Shown here piece after piece: positions 19,211 through 30,034 of a stretch of DNA of 36,484 nucleotides. The notes beneath the pieces were generated by a model. It was given only the letters and a program-made list of their open reading frames with translations. It was not told where the DNA came from and did not search any database. The stretch lies in the NCBI GenBank assembly GCA_008369845.1, contig MRSU01011542.1:1-36484 (forward strand), given 5' to 3'. The stretch's first letter is position 1. Each line of letters begins with the position of its first letter. Made by a program: the position numbers and the translations under genes. Origin of the DNA: Trichomonas gallinae (Eukaryota).

Positions 19211-22200
19211 TCAGTCGACAGCATAGGGGAAAACTTCATATTCTCCAAATTCTCGCACAGTGCAGACTGCTCTGAAGCGCTCGTTGTACTCTACTCTGCA
19301 TACATGTGTTGAGAATTTGTTGAACTTCGGCGAAAAGTTGAGATAAAAGGCCTCGCAAACGTTGACAATTCCTGCGAGAACAATGATGCAGTAATCGAAG
19401 CCGGAAGGAGAAGTCCACGTCTCTATCATGTCCGCGCTCGACTGTACTTCACGCGTCCTGATAAACCTTCCGTTAATGGTAAAAACGCAGATGCTCTTCG
19501 AGCCAGATTTGTCCTGAGTTGCAGCAACTATGAAGCCCCATGATTTCGTGATGCAGAGAGCAGAGCATTTCGCGTTGACTTGAATGTTCCTGATAGTTGT
19601 TCCGGTCGATGACTCGGCAATAGTAATGACGCCATCATCAGTTGCAATTGCGACAACTCCGAAGCTTGGAGAAATGTCAGCAGCTGTAACGGATCCTCTG
19701 TAAAGATTGAGCTGCGTCACTCTCTGAGTCTTCCTGTCAATAATCTGGGCTGTTGAATCCAAATAGCCAAGAACTATGATGTTCTTCGAGCCTTTGATGA
19801 CTGTTACGTTGTTGAAGACGATGATCTTGTAGTCAGTGAGTTTTCCAGTGAGAAGATCGATAGAATAAACGTGGTTCTCGTAGATTGTGAAGGCTTCGTT
19901 GCCAAAGAAAGAAATGTGCTGCAACTTGTCTTCTGTAACGAGCAGAGGATTAGACGCGTTCTGAGAGAAGAAGCTTCCATTTGCGAGAACGCAGTTGAAT
20001 TTCGCGTCATCATATTTGTTTCCGCAGAAATTCGCCATGACGACTTTGTCTGAGACATTTAATCGTCCGAAAACTGGCGGCGGAAGCTGCGGCAGGTCTG
20101 GTTTAAGTCGCTTTGGATGTGGCCTGTTGAAAAGCTGAGGAGGGACTTGGCCGATTTGTTTGCGCGTCGTTGTAAGCTCAACTCTGTCGCCTTGATAACC
20201 ATAGTAAAGTTTTGGATCGTAGACGTTGTAAGCTTTGACTGCTTCTTCGCCGAGCTGTTTGTAGCCCCAGACTAAGTCTATCCAGTCGCTGAGCTTTTCT
20301 GAGACAATGTTCGACTCGAGGATTTTCCTGTGCAGATAAACAAAGTGGTCTGGAGACTCGCAGCCCCAAGGCAGAACTATATCTGGCATCAAAGGAAATT
20401 CGTTGTCGTTGACAAAAATTTCCGGCATCGTGAAGAATTCTGGAGACAATTCCGTGTAGTTCATCGCATTTGTTACATTGTGGTACATGTCTTGAAGGTC
20501 CCTGAGCTGCCTGTTTGGATCTTCAAAATGGCCGCTTTGCAAGTCAACTTGTTTCGTCGAAAAAGGTTCCATGCGAACATGATAAACAGAAAGCGACAAA
20601 GGCGATGAATGCGCGCTCGAATAGAAGAAGCCACATTCAGGATAGAACTCGTCGAGAAGCAGTTTGAATCTCTCAGTGCCAATGGATCCGAGTGGTTTTG
20701 TCAAATCTCTGAAAATCGATGAATCATTCATATCGAGTTTATCTTTGTACTTCGCGATGACCCACGGGAAGATAGGATACATTGACGAGTCATTGTATGA
20801 GCGTCCACTAGCGAAGTTTATCTGCTGAAGATATTCATAGTTCGATATTTCTCCTCTGACCCATTTCTTTGTTAAATTCTTCTGCGAAAAACCTTCCCAG
20901 AATTTTTCAGATTTGATAATTGTGATGATACTTCTCGAATTCGTCGAAATCACGTCGATTATTTCCTGCAAGCGCTTGACTGTTATATTGTCTCCGAAGT
21001 CAATGAAATATGAATTCGTCATTGTGAAAATTTCAATTGCTGTTGGGTTATGCAGGTAATTTCTCAAGCAAATTTTCAAGATCGTGTTTAAGTCTATTTG
21101 TATAATTCTCTTGTTCTCTGTTTCCATTTCGATTCTCATCTTCGAGATCCTCAAAATAGCGCCAACTTCTTTGTCGATTTTGATAATAGAGACTTTAGTG
21201 TCTTGAATGATATTTTCTGATCTAGGCAAAACTTTGTTTTCGACTTTGATTTTGATCATTTCGATGTTTGTCTGTTGTACTGGTTTGGTGAACTCGTGGA
21301 ATGCTAAGTGCCTCACTGGATGCTTGTTGATCTTCATTAACACTGGGCAGCCGCACTCACATATCTTGTTGCTTCTCTTCCAGAACTGTTTCTTGTTGCT
21401 GTCCCATGGTCCGCACTTTGCATTTAATTGACTCCATAGTTGATGCCACAAGTGTCGCCAGTTTTCTCTGTCAGTTCTCAACTGCTTGAGTGTGGAAATC
21501 TCTGAGACTTTCTTCTGGCTCTGGTCTGAGTTGATCCTTGGAGCTGTTTTGATGACGAAATCATTGGCTTCCGCGACTTTTTTGTGGATATCATTGCATA
21601 TTATATTGTTTGTTTCGATATATTTCTTGGCTAAAGTTGTGTAGCATTCTTCTATTAGTGGAGTCAATCTACACAATATGTCGTATTTCGTTCTCTTGTT
21701 GTTTTCTTTTATCGAGTTTTGCAATAATTTGAAAAGTGAAAATGTTTTTTGATCATTAAAATATCTGGTTTCTATATTAGGCTGAATGTTTCGCTTTTCG
21801 TCATCGAAATAGCATAAATAATACGTAATAAGTGTCGCAAAGTGTCTGTATATATCTAATGAACTCGATATTATATAAAAGTAGATATCAAAAGCAAATT
21901 CGGCGTCAATCCATTGTTTCTTGTCTTCACTTAGTCTTAGACCAGCATAATTTCTTCCAAATTTCGCATTTGAAACTAATAAATTCTTATATAACAGATC
22001 TGTGTTCAAGGTGTCCTTAATATCGGCGAATTTCTTCTTTTTACTTTCATTTTTGATGATGTCGAAGTTAGATTCATCATATAAACCGAAAACTTTTGGA
22101 TTTTTCGTTCTCATGAAGAGGAAAACAGTTGAATATTCGATGAACTGAATTATCATGTTGAAGTCCATGTTTGGTGTCTTTTTGAGCAGCTGGAAATAAA

Positions 22201-25200
22201 ACTTTAAAAATCCAGATAATAATTCATCAGAATCTTTTCGCAAACACTTGCAAACGAAGTCAATTGTAATGAAAAGTTCCTCAAAAGTTATGACTTGTAG
22301 AGCCCAGACGCCCATTTTGTAAGATAAATCAGAATTACATGACATTGCCATGAAAACGCAGCACCACATTGTCAAAAGCCTTGGATTGGAGATATTTTCG
22401 AATTGGGCACCATTTGATAAGTTTTCTATCAACTGTGTTTGATATTCAAGATTTTTATCTGAACACAATGAGCACCAGATGCAGAGCGGTAATATATCGC
22501 AGAAAATCATAGCATTCGTAGACAAATATTTGAAGATTTCGTCTGTAATATAACGGGAAGCAAGAGAAACAATAAATGATTCAGCTGTCCATGATAAATT
22601 CTGCGGACTGAAGATATTCTTGTGATGCACATTGATAACTATGTCCATTATAGTTGTTATGAAGAGTTCTGAGTTTTGTTTGTTGATTAAAAGTTGGAAT
22701 CTAACAATATCCATTGGTTGGAGGCCAATTTCTTTTATTTTCTCGCTCTTGTCAACTATTCTAGACATGAGATTGATGAATTTCAGGATTTGATCGTTGT
22801 TTTCAGATTCATAAATATAATAAAACAGCAAATCGAAGTCATTCTTAGTGAAATTGTACAATGCTATCTTCTGGCAGATGCTTATGATGTAGTCGTTGAT
22901 TTTAACTAAAGATTCAGTAACTGGAATATCAGAATCAAACGGATAAGTTAAATTATACATCGGGAAGAAGTAGGAGAACTTGCAGACAATCTGTGCTACG
23001 TTCAAATCGTAGACAAACAAAACGTTTGACCAATGTTCGATAATTTTTTCCTGTTCCGAAGGACTGGCTGTCTTCCATATTGGGAAATACACCAAAATAT
23101 CTCTGAATATCTTATTTTTGAGCTCCAAATTCGAAACTGTCTTGAATAACGTATAAAGCTCCAAATATAAAGTGAAAGAGAGGTAAAATTCAGTATTATT
23201 GCATTGGGAGAGAAGATAAGAAATCTTTCCTATGTTTTCGTTTCTCGTGAAATTGTATTGATTTCCGTCTTCATATAATAACATTGTGAATAACCTTACG
23301 ACTGATTTTAATTCATTTGGATCTTGATGCTGGTCGTAGTTGTTGAAGTTTACCATTGTAAAAAGCGGAAGAAGTGGCTCAAGATTCCAGAGAATTAAAA
23401 TTCCTGGGAAAGTTGAACTGTCTTGTGCTCTTTTCTGTTTAATAGATGAAGCTTTGAACGATAAAACAACGGATTTTTCTGATACATAAGCTGGAAAACA
23501 ATGCGATTCGTATAAATTATTTAATGTGTCGTGTTTCGTGCCTGTAGCAATGTATAAATGGCTTAGTTCGATTAGTGGACAGTTATGTGATTGCTGGACA
23601 GGCTTGAACAGCAAAGCAGTTGAATTATGAAAATCATGGAAATTATATTCGTGCAAATGAAAGATTTGCTCGAGATTATAGGATATAATTAAAGAGTAGT
23701 TCTTGTTGTTGCTGTTTTTAAGGAATCTTATCGAAATCATTGTCCAAACGTCTCCTTGTATTTCATTTGTGACTGTTGTTTCACCGCCGTCAGCTATAAT
23801 CCTTAGCGACTTGTTTATCATGTAAACGTGCAAATCCATCTTAGAAATTTGATCATTTAAAGAAATAACGTGAATTGGAATAGAATGGTCATATTGCTGC
23901 GTCTCGTCGTATCTTATCCAGAAGACAATCGAAAATCCGTTATTTAAGCCTGTAATGTTTTGGATTGATTTATTTGAATTTTCATTATCGCCTAAAATGA
24001 TAGTTGGACCGTTTTTCTTGTAGTTTCTGTTGACAATTGCGTTCATTGTATCGAAATATAGGCTGTAATATGGAGACTTAACGAAAGTTGTTCCATCTTT
24101 GGATTTAATTGGAGTTAGAAGCATAATAAACTTGTTTACAGTCTTCTGGCATGTTTTTACTAGTACTATTTCGCTGAAAATTGCAAATATCTTCTTTAAT
24201 TTGATTAAAATTTCATCATTTATCTCATGCGCTTTGTAATTGTTTGCTTCGTTAATAATACAGTCATCTATGCCACCTTCGAAGCATTTAATGCAGTTTT
24301 CTTGTGAAGTTTTCACTATTTTTGTTAAATAATCTAAAATTCTATGGCAAAGAGGAGTGTTAAACATAAATCTGACTAAAATTCTTAATGTGTTTGGCTC
24401 AACAATCTTTGGCTCGTTTTGTTCTTTAACATATCCCGTTGAATATAATAATAATTTTTCAAATAATGTATTATAATCATTATCAACGAAAATGTTGTTC
24501 ATGGCAATCAAAATACTGTCAGCGTCTTCAGATGTTAAAGGATATCTGTAGCATGCCTTGAAAAATTCGATAGTTTTGTAAAAACATAATTTTGAGTGCG
24601 GTAATGCTGGGAATTTCTTCATGTTTTCGATAATATTAGTCTTGTATATAAGGAATATATCACCGGAAAGGTATCCAGCGATCTTTATATAATTTGATGT
24701 CAAATCAATGTAAATTTGAGCGAAACTTGGGTCATTTATGTTGCTTAATATCTCTGCCATTATTGATCCGTATGTTTGGAATATGTTGATAGAGTCTAGC
24801 GGATGATTCAAGAATGAATTAAAGAAATTTAATATATAACTTCTCATTTGAGTCTCGTAGATCAAGTTCATGAGTGTATTCATGAATTTCACGTTCTGAA
24901 AGAGGTTCTCGACTATCTCATCTGTCTTAGTTATCTCTTCTAAGTATAATTTCAAAACTTTTCTCGCTATATACGATTCTTTCGATGGATTTTTATAGCA
25001 GTGCTGCTGGATGGCATCGATAACATTAGAAATTGAGCAGTCTGGCACGATTTTAAGGAATTTTGGCATCTTTGTGCATCTAATTAATATATCAGCCATG
25101 AATAATGGATAAGTAGAGAAATTCGAAAGGAGCTCATAAACGTATTTCGGCGCCTTATCCACTAAAAACGAGATTGCAGCTGACCTTAGGGTAGATATGT

Positions 25201-26461
25201 TATCGAAATTGTCGTGTGGAGTCCAAAATGTGAAAATTGGATCAAAAATGTCGAGCATTAGGATAAAGTCTATTGCCAAGCATCTTGGATTGAGCTCATA
25301 AAGACGTCTGCTGACTTGCAGAAAGTATTGGTAAAGAATTGCGCTTTTTGAATCTGATTTTCTGTTTTTGACTTCTTTTAGAAGAGAACTGAGTAGTGTA
25401 TTAACACAGTCTGTTGATTTAGCGAAACCTTTTATAATAATATCTTGCACTTTCACTATATTTGGCGGAATAATAATTGTAAATGCTTCTTGGTTAACGT
25501 TTTGAGGCATAACTACATCGAAATCATGTTCGAATGTCTTTTCTAATAGCTTTGGTTGGAAATTCGCGACGATTTCATTAGAAACAACGTCGTAAACATT
25601 TAAATCTAAAGTTTTGTCTGGATTTTCTTCGCATATATACTGTAAAACGTATGCTGGTATGTTCTTGCATATATCCGCGTGACTGCTAAGTGTGCATGTC
25701 GGTAATAATCTCTCAGCCACGTCATAAACTTCTAGACTTATATCTGGATAAAGAAACATTCCCGGTGTAATCGATGCCAGTAGTATATCAGAGTCTTGTG
25801 CTTGTAAATCGAATTTAATGAGATTTGCGAGATATGATAATAATGAAACGCCAACATCGCTGTGATACGTTTTTGTACTCGTGAAATAAAAATTACTTAG
25901 GAAAATGGCCAATTGTATGCATTGCTTTTCTACTCCATCCGAATAAATTAACAGGAATGAATTCAATTGTGCGATAACTGCCGTGGGAATCACTACTAAA
26001 TCGTTCTGATATATAACGAATATTGTATGCACGAATGCTTTTTTAGCGATTAATGGCGATTTACTCTTTTCTATTACTAATAAAAGATTATTTAATAAAG
26101 TTAAAACGTTTTTTTCGCCTTGTAACTGGTATGGGAGTAGCATTAATGATATAAAACTGTGATATATGTATGCCTCGATGTAATCTGAGTATTCTAGAGA
26201 TTTATCAATTAATTTTGGCAAACTTTCAAGCATTGGATAACAAAACGGAAACGAATAACCGCTTTTTAGTACTTTAGATATAATAAATGACACGTTATTC
26301 GACTCGATTGGCTGTAAAAGTTCATCTATCAAATATGGGAATCGCAATTCGCTGATAAATCTGTACTTCGGGTTGTTCCTATGGTAATGTTCTAATGACA
26401 GGGAGCTACTTTGCCTGAAGATGTCCACCAATAACTCTTGAAAATCTGTCACTAGGTTCAT
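19211..26461 (-). CDS. Beige/BEACH domain protein (helical N-terminus, ConA-like, PH-BEACH, WD40; 2416 aa)
   Basis: KWVRGEISNYEYLQQINFASGRSYNDSSMYPIFPWV, FRDLTKPLG, LQSGHFEDPNR, ELSPEFF, WIDLVWGYKQLGEEAVKAYNV, GQVPPQLFNRPHPKR. Preceded by PH (RNYLHNPTAIEIF) and GFSIVFWIR (ConA-like); WD40 tail. Confidence 0.96.
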   Translation of the reverse strand: MNLVTDFQELLVDIFRQSSSLSLEHYHRNNPKYRFISELRFPYLIDELLQPIESNNVSFIISKVLKSGYSFPFCYPMLESLPKLIDKSLEYSDYIEAYIYHSFISLMLLPYQLQGEKNVLTLLNNLLLVIEKSKSPLIAKKAFVHTIFVIYQNDLVVIPTAVIAQLNSFLLIYSDGVEKQCIQLAIFLSNFYFTSTKTYHSDVGVSLLSYLANLIKFDLQAQDSDILLASITPGMFLYPDISLEVYDVAERLLPTCTLSSHADICKNIPAYVLQYICEENPDKTLDLNVYDVVSNEIVANFQPKLLEKTFEHDFDVVMPQNVNQEAFTIIIPPNIVKVQDIIIKGFAKSTDCVNTLLSSLLKEVKNRKSDSKSAILYQYFLQVSRRLYELNPRCLAIDFILMLDIFDPIFTFWTPHDNFDNISTLRSAAISFLVDKAPKYVYELLSNFSTYPLFMADILIRCTKMPKFLKIVPDCSISNVIDAIQQHCYKNPSKESYIARKVLKLYLEEITKTDEIVENLFQNVKFMNTLMNLIYETQMRSYILNFFNSFLNHPLDSINIFQTYGSIMAEILSNINDPSFAQIYIDLTSNYIKIAGYLSGDIFLIYKTNIIENMKKFPALPHSKLCFYKTIEFFKACYRYPLTSEDADSILIAMNNIFVDNDYNTLFEKLLLYSTGYVKEQNEPKIVEPNTLRILVRFMFNTPLCHRILDYLTKIVKTSQENCIKCFEGGIDDCIINEANNYKAHEINDEILIKLKKIFAIFSEIVLVKTCQKTVNKFIMLLTPIKSKDGTTFVKSPYYSLYFDTMNAIVNRNYKKNGPTIILGDNENSNKSIQNITGLNNGFSIVFWIRYDETQQYDHSIPIHVISLNDQISKMDLHVYMINKSLRIIADGGETTVTNEIQGDVWTMISIRFLKNSNNKNYSLIISYNLEQIFHLHEYNFHDFHNSTALLFKPVQQSHNCPLIELSHLYIATGTKHDTLNNLYESHCFPAYVSEKSVVLSFKASSIKQKRAQDSSTFPGILILWNLEPLLPLFTMVNFNNYDQHQDPNELKSVVRLFTMLLYEDGNQYNFTRNENIGKISYLLSQCNNTEFYLSFTLYLELYTLFKTVSNLELKNKIFRDILVYFPIWKTASPSEQEKIIEHWSNVLFVYDLNVAQIVCKFSYFFPMYNLTYPFDSDIPVTESLVKINDYIISICQKIALYNFTKNDFDLLFYYIYESENNDQILKFINLMSRIVDKSEKIKEIGLQPMDIVRFQLLINKQNSELFITTIMDIVINVHHKNIFSPQNLSWTAESFIVSLASRYITDEIFKYLSTNAMIFCDILPLCIWCSLCSDKNLEYQTQLIENLSNGAQFENISNPRLLTMWCCVFMAMSCNSDLSYKMGVWALQVITFEELFITIDFVCKCLRKDSDELLSGFLKFYFQLLKKTPNMDFNMIIQFIEYSTVFLFMRTKNPKVFGLYDESNFDIIKNESKKKKFADIKDTLNTDLLYKNLLVSNAKFGRNYAGLRLSEDKKQWIDAEFAFDIYFYIISSSLDIYRHFATLITYYLCYFDDEKRNIQPNIETRYFNDQKTFSLFKLLQNSIKENNKRTKYDILCRLTPLIEECYTTLAKKYIETNNIICNDIHKKVAEANDFVIKTAPRINSDQSQKKVSEISTLKQLRTDRENWRHLWHQLWSQLNAKCGPWDSNKKQFWKRSNKICECGCPVLMKINKHPVRHLAFHEFTKPVQQTNIEMIKIKVENKVLPRSENIIQDTKVSIIKIDKEVGAILRISKMRIEMETENKRIIQIDLNTILKICLRNYLHNPTAIEIFTMTNSYFIDFGDNITVKRLQEIIDVISTNSRSIITIIKSEKFWEGFSQKNLTKKWVRGEISNYEYLQQINFASGRSYNDSSMYPIFPWVIAKYKDKLDMNDSSIFRDLTKPLGSIGTERFKLLLDEFYPECGFFYSSAHSSPLSLSVYHVRMEPFSTKQVDLQSGHFEDPNRQLRDLQDMYHNVTNAMNYTELSPEFFTMPEIFVNDNEFPLMPDIVLPWGCESPDHFVYLHRKILESNIVSEKLSDWIDLVWGYKQLGEEAVKAYNVYDPKLYYGYQGDRVELTTTRKQIGQVPPQLFNRPHPKRLKPDLPQLPPPVFGRLNVSDKVVMANFCGNKYDDAKFNCVLANGSFFSQNASNPLLVTEDKLQHISFFGNEAFTIYENHVYSIDLLTGKLTDYKIIVFNNVTVIKGSKNIIVLGYLDSTAQIIDRKTQRVTQLNLYRGSVTAADISPSFGVVAIATDDGVITIAESSTGTTIRNIQVNAKCSALCITKSWGFIVAATQDKSGSKSICVFTINGRFIRTREVQSSADMIETWTSPSGFDYCIIVLAGIVNVCEAFYLNFSPKFNKFSTHVCRVEYNERFRAVCTVREFGEYEVFPYAVD

Positions 26462-26485
26462 TTTTTGATTTTGCTTCTCAATTTT

Positions 26486-26490
26486 AAAGG
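26486..26490 (-). promoter_or_regulatory. M5-like CCTTT alternative initiator
   Basis: Minus-strand CCTTT ending 24 nt before the BEACH ATG, where no TCAYT Inr is evident. Confidence 0.4.
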
Positions 26491-27255
26491 GTGTGAAAAT
26501 TTCGAAAATAAACTTGATAAATGGGCTTTTTATATCTTTTAAAACATATCTACAATATCCAAATCGAATGATTTTACATATAAAATTTTATTTGTCAAAT
26601 TAATTCTTTACATGACAAATTTTCTAATAATCAAATCCTAGACATTATTATACCCAAATTATTACATAAATATTAGTACAAAAGACTTCATTGCAGAATT
26701 TTCTTCTACTATAATACTTTGTCTTCAATGAATCATGTTTGATCATGAAAAAGCTATTTTCATCATATAAAAATTCTTTGTGTTATTGTTATGATTTCGT
26801 AGTGGATATTTATTTGACAAAATTTAGTTTACATGTCAAAATATTTGACGATACAAGAGTGCAATCGAAATCATGAACATGATCACATAGATAGATTTTT
26901 TAATCATTGTTAATCAATGCAGTTGTACTCGTTATATCTCTTCATCATAGAGATTTCTTTAATTTACTCATATCATGTCTAAATAATTTCGAATTTGATT
27001 CTTAATAATCGTTTATAGCATTATTATATTGAATAATTGAGGTTGTAAAGTATATATTCGTCAAATATACATGAGTTTTGGAATGAAACTCTGGAAATAA
27101 ATAGATTTCATTAGCATATTAGATTTGATTCGAGATCTATTAATAATATGGTTGTTTTCGTGTAAATGTCATAGATTTCATTGAGAATTTGATGATTAAT
27201 AAACAATTTATATAAAAATTTTATTTTAACATTAAACAAACCGAAAATAGAGAAA

Positions 27256-28401
27256 TTATGAGGTTGGAGTTGGCACATCACTGCTGTTGTTAAGTAACGA
27301 GATTGAGATTTCTTCTTGGAGAAGTTCTGCTTCGTGTTCGGCATAAATGAAACAGCCGCAGCGCCAAACACGGTTATAGATCAAGGAGCCAACGATTGAG
27401 ATTGCGAAGCCAGTCAGTTCGATAGCAGTGTATTTATCTAAATCTTCGCCGATATCTACAGATTTTACGATATACGGGGCAGAAACAGATATAATCCAGA
27501 CAAACAAAGGTCTGATTGTTTCATACATGTTCCTTCTGATAGCTGTGTTGTATTGCGTAACAAGAATACCGCAATATGTGAACAAAACGACAAAAATGAT
27601 ATAAAGGGCGAAGAGTGTCGATAAAACCTTCGAATAGGAGAATTGGACCAAAGCTTCTATCGTATTTTCGTAAAATGGAGATGTAATCGGCAAAGCCATG
27701 ATTCCTGGCAAGCAGACAAATACTAACGCGAAGAATCCCCAGAATCCTTCATATGCTGTGAGATCGCTTGAAGGAATTTTTGTTTCTTTCAAAATCTTTT
27801 CTTCTAAAACTGTTTGATATGATTTAACGCCGTGAGAAATAATTGCGAGAATGAGCATCAAAAACATCGTAGATATTTCGTCGTCTTTCTTAGTAATACC
27901 GCGTAATAATGTTGCAACACCTGTAAAACTTAATCCAAGAACGTTCATGAATACGCCAAGCCAGTCAACGAGGAAAAGACGTTGCTTGAGCACAGTGACA
28001 GCGAATAACGTTGTGAAAAGAACTTGAAAACCATGAAAGATCTGCCAGACAGAAGGTGGCATGTAAATCAATGAATACGTTTGTAATACAGACGCTATAA
28101 TATATAAAATTGCCGGCAAACCTGATTTTCTGAATGTTACCCATGAAAATGTCGGTTGATATACAGTATTCTTTTTGCATTTCTTTCTAATGAACTCGAA
28201 AATGAATTTTATGCCGAAGAACACCATACCGAAGTTCAAAGCAAGAACTTGGAACCATGGTTTGCTGAATCTTAATTGCAAATCATCTTTCCATGGGAAA
28301 CTCTGCTTCAAAATCAGACCGTTTAATACAGGATAAAAGGCACCTGTAAAAAAGAAGAAGAAAATGACGCAAAAGTTTCGAAATCCTTTATGACAATTCA
28401 T
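27256..28401 (-). CDS. SLC35F6-like nucleotide-sugar transporter-family membrane protein (381 aa)
   Basis: About 10 TM helices; FSKPWFQVLAL, PAILYIIASVL..LIYMPPSVWQIFHG..LFTTLFAV, QTVLEEKIL, AYEGFWG, ENTIEA, RNMYETIRPLFVW, GSLIYN fit the SLC35F6-type pattern. Confidence 0.85.
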   Translation of the reverse strand: MNCHKGFRNFCVIFFFFFTGAFYPVLNGLILKQSFPWKDDLQLRFSKPWFQVLALNFGMVFFGIKFIFEFIRKKCKKNTVYQPTFSWVTFRKSGLPAILYIIASVLQTYSLIYMPPSVWQIFHGFQVLFTTLFAVTVLKQRLFLVDWLGVFMNVLGLSFTGVATLLRGITKKDDEISTMFLMLILAIISHGVKSYQTVLEEKILKETKIPSSDLTAYEGFWGFFALVFVCLPGIMALPITSPFYENTIEALVQFSYSKVLSTLFALYIIFVVLFTYCGILVTQYNTAIRRNMYETIRPLFVWIISVSAPYIVKSVDIGEDLDKYTAIELTGFAISIVGSLIYNRVWRCGCFIYAEHEAELLQEEISISLLNNSSDVPTPTS

Positions 28402-29952
28402 TCTTCTATTTTTTAGATATCGTTTTCATTTTTTATATCACATGTCATTTCATATTTTTTTTTCGATAAAATTATAGATATTTTCCTTTTATACTTTATT
28501 ATTATATACATCTAATTTGTATGATAATAAATCTAATGAAATTAGTTAAATTTGATCATACATTTCTGAAATTTTGATTCATTTTTGATTAAATCTATAT
28601 ACAGATCAATTTTTCTAGTATATTTTAAATATTTATACAAATGATGAGTTATATCTTTAATATGATCCTTATTCGCACTTTAATATAATTTTTCTAAAAA
28701 TGACTTTAGTTTTATGATTTTTGATTTAAAATTATGGGATAAAACTATATAGAAATCTATATTTATATTCTCAATGAGATTCGTTCATTGTCCCAAAATT
28801 GATTCAAAAAATACTCTAAAACTCCATTAATTCACAGTTTAGTTTAGATAAATCAATGCTAAAGCTAGTTAAGTTTATAATGGTAATATGTGAAGTTGAT
28901 TGTTGATGCTATTAAGGATAAAGTTGTTCACTTTTTGTGTTCGTGAATAATTTAACCTTAAAGTCAAATCTCATATTCTACCTTTTAGCTGGAATTTATG
29001 ACTTTTTCTCTGATGAAAAGACGCAAATAAACCTATAATGCAGCTAATCTCAACTTAAAGCTTACCAAAATTCAGAAATCTATAAATACCGAATTTAATT
29101 ATGTAAATGAATAGTTATAATTTTAGAATTAGGGAATAATCTTCATGCATATATTAATTGTAGTTTCTTTCCATGCGTAAATCATTTTCTTTTCCAAAAA
29201 AATATAATTCAAAATCAGCAATATCTACATTAATCATACCGCATAGCTTTATACATTTAACTACTGAGATGATAAGAGATTAAAAATAAATCCTATGGAA
29301 ATCATTTTTGCGATGACCAATTTTTTTCAACCGTGCGATTTAATAAACGATTTAAACTCCCTATGGTTTTATTAATGTTAATACATACATTTGGAGAGAT
29401 TCTCCGGAAGTAAAAAAACGAATTAAAGATGGAACTCGTTTTTGTTTCAATAAATAGTATTGTAATAGCCAGGAACCCCATTTAAACATGTTTTTGCGCA
29501 ACCCCACCATTAATCAATATAAAAGAACGTTAACTATTCGGGATTGAATGAAACGATGGCAAAATTAGACTCAAAATATTTAAATAACATCATTCAATTC
29601 CCAAAACAATGAAGAATATATCGCATATGTTCCAATTAATTTTTCATAAACTATTGTTACAAACTCCAAAAAAATTGAATTAACAATCGGTCTATCTTAC
29701 AAACACGAATTTTATTTTCTCAAAATATTTTATATATGAAACAAATGATTTAAGAATAGGGTTGCATATTATAATATTATAAACTAAGGAAATAAATTTG
29801 ATTTAACAATCGGTCTGTCAAAAATTCAATTTAAAATCATCATAGGATTCTCTTGAAGAAATATGTTATAAAAGGGTGTAATTAGGTGGGTCAAGATAAT
29901 CATTCGCGTTGAGAATGAAAAGAAAAATAAAAGTTTTTCTATCAAAATTAAT

Positions 29953-29960
29953 GACCGTTT
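29953..29960 (+). promoter_or_regulatory. M3-like Myb-type core promoter motif GACCGTTT
   Basis: Fits the DRCSGYTD consensus; ends 74 nt before the Myb ATG at 30035. Confidence 0.4.
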
Positions 29961-30034
29961 TCCTTCTCAAATTTTGAACAAATTACTCAGAAAATTATTT
30001 TGATTTTAAAAATAGCTAATTTCAAAATCAATCA

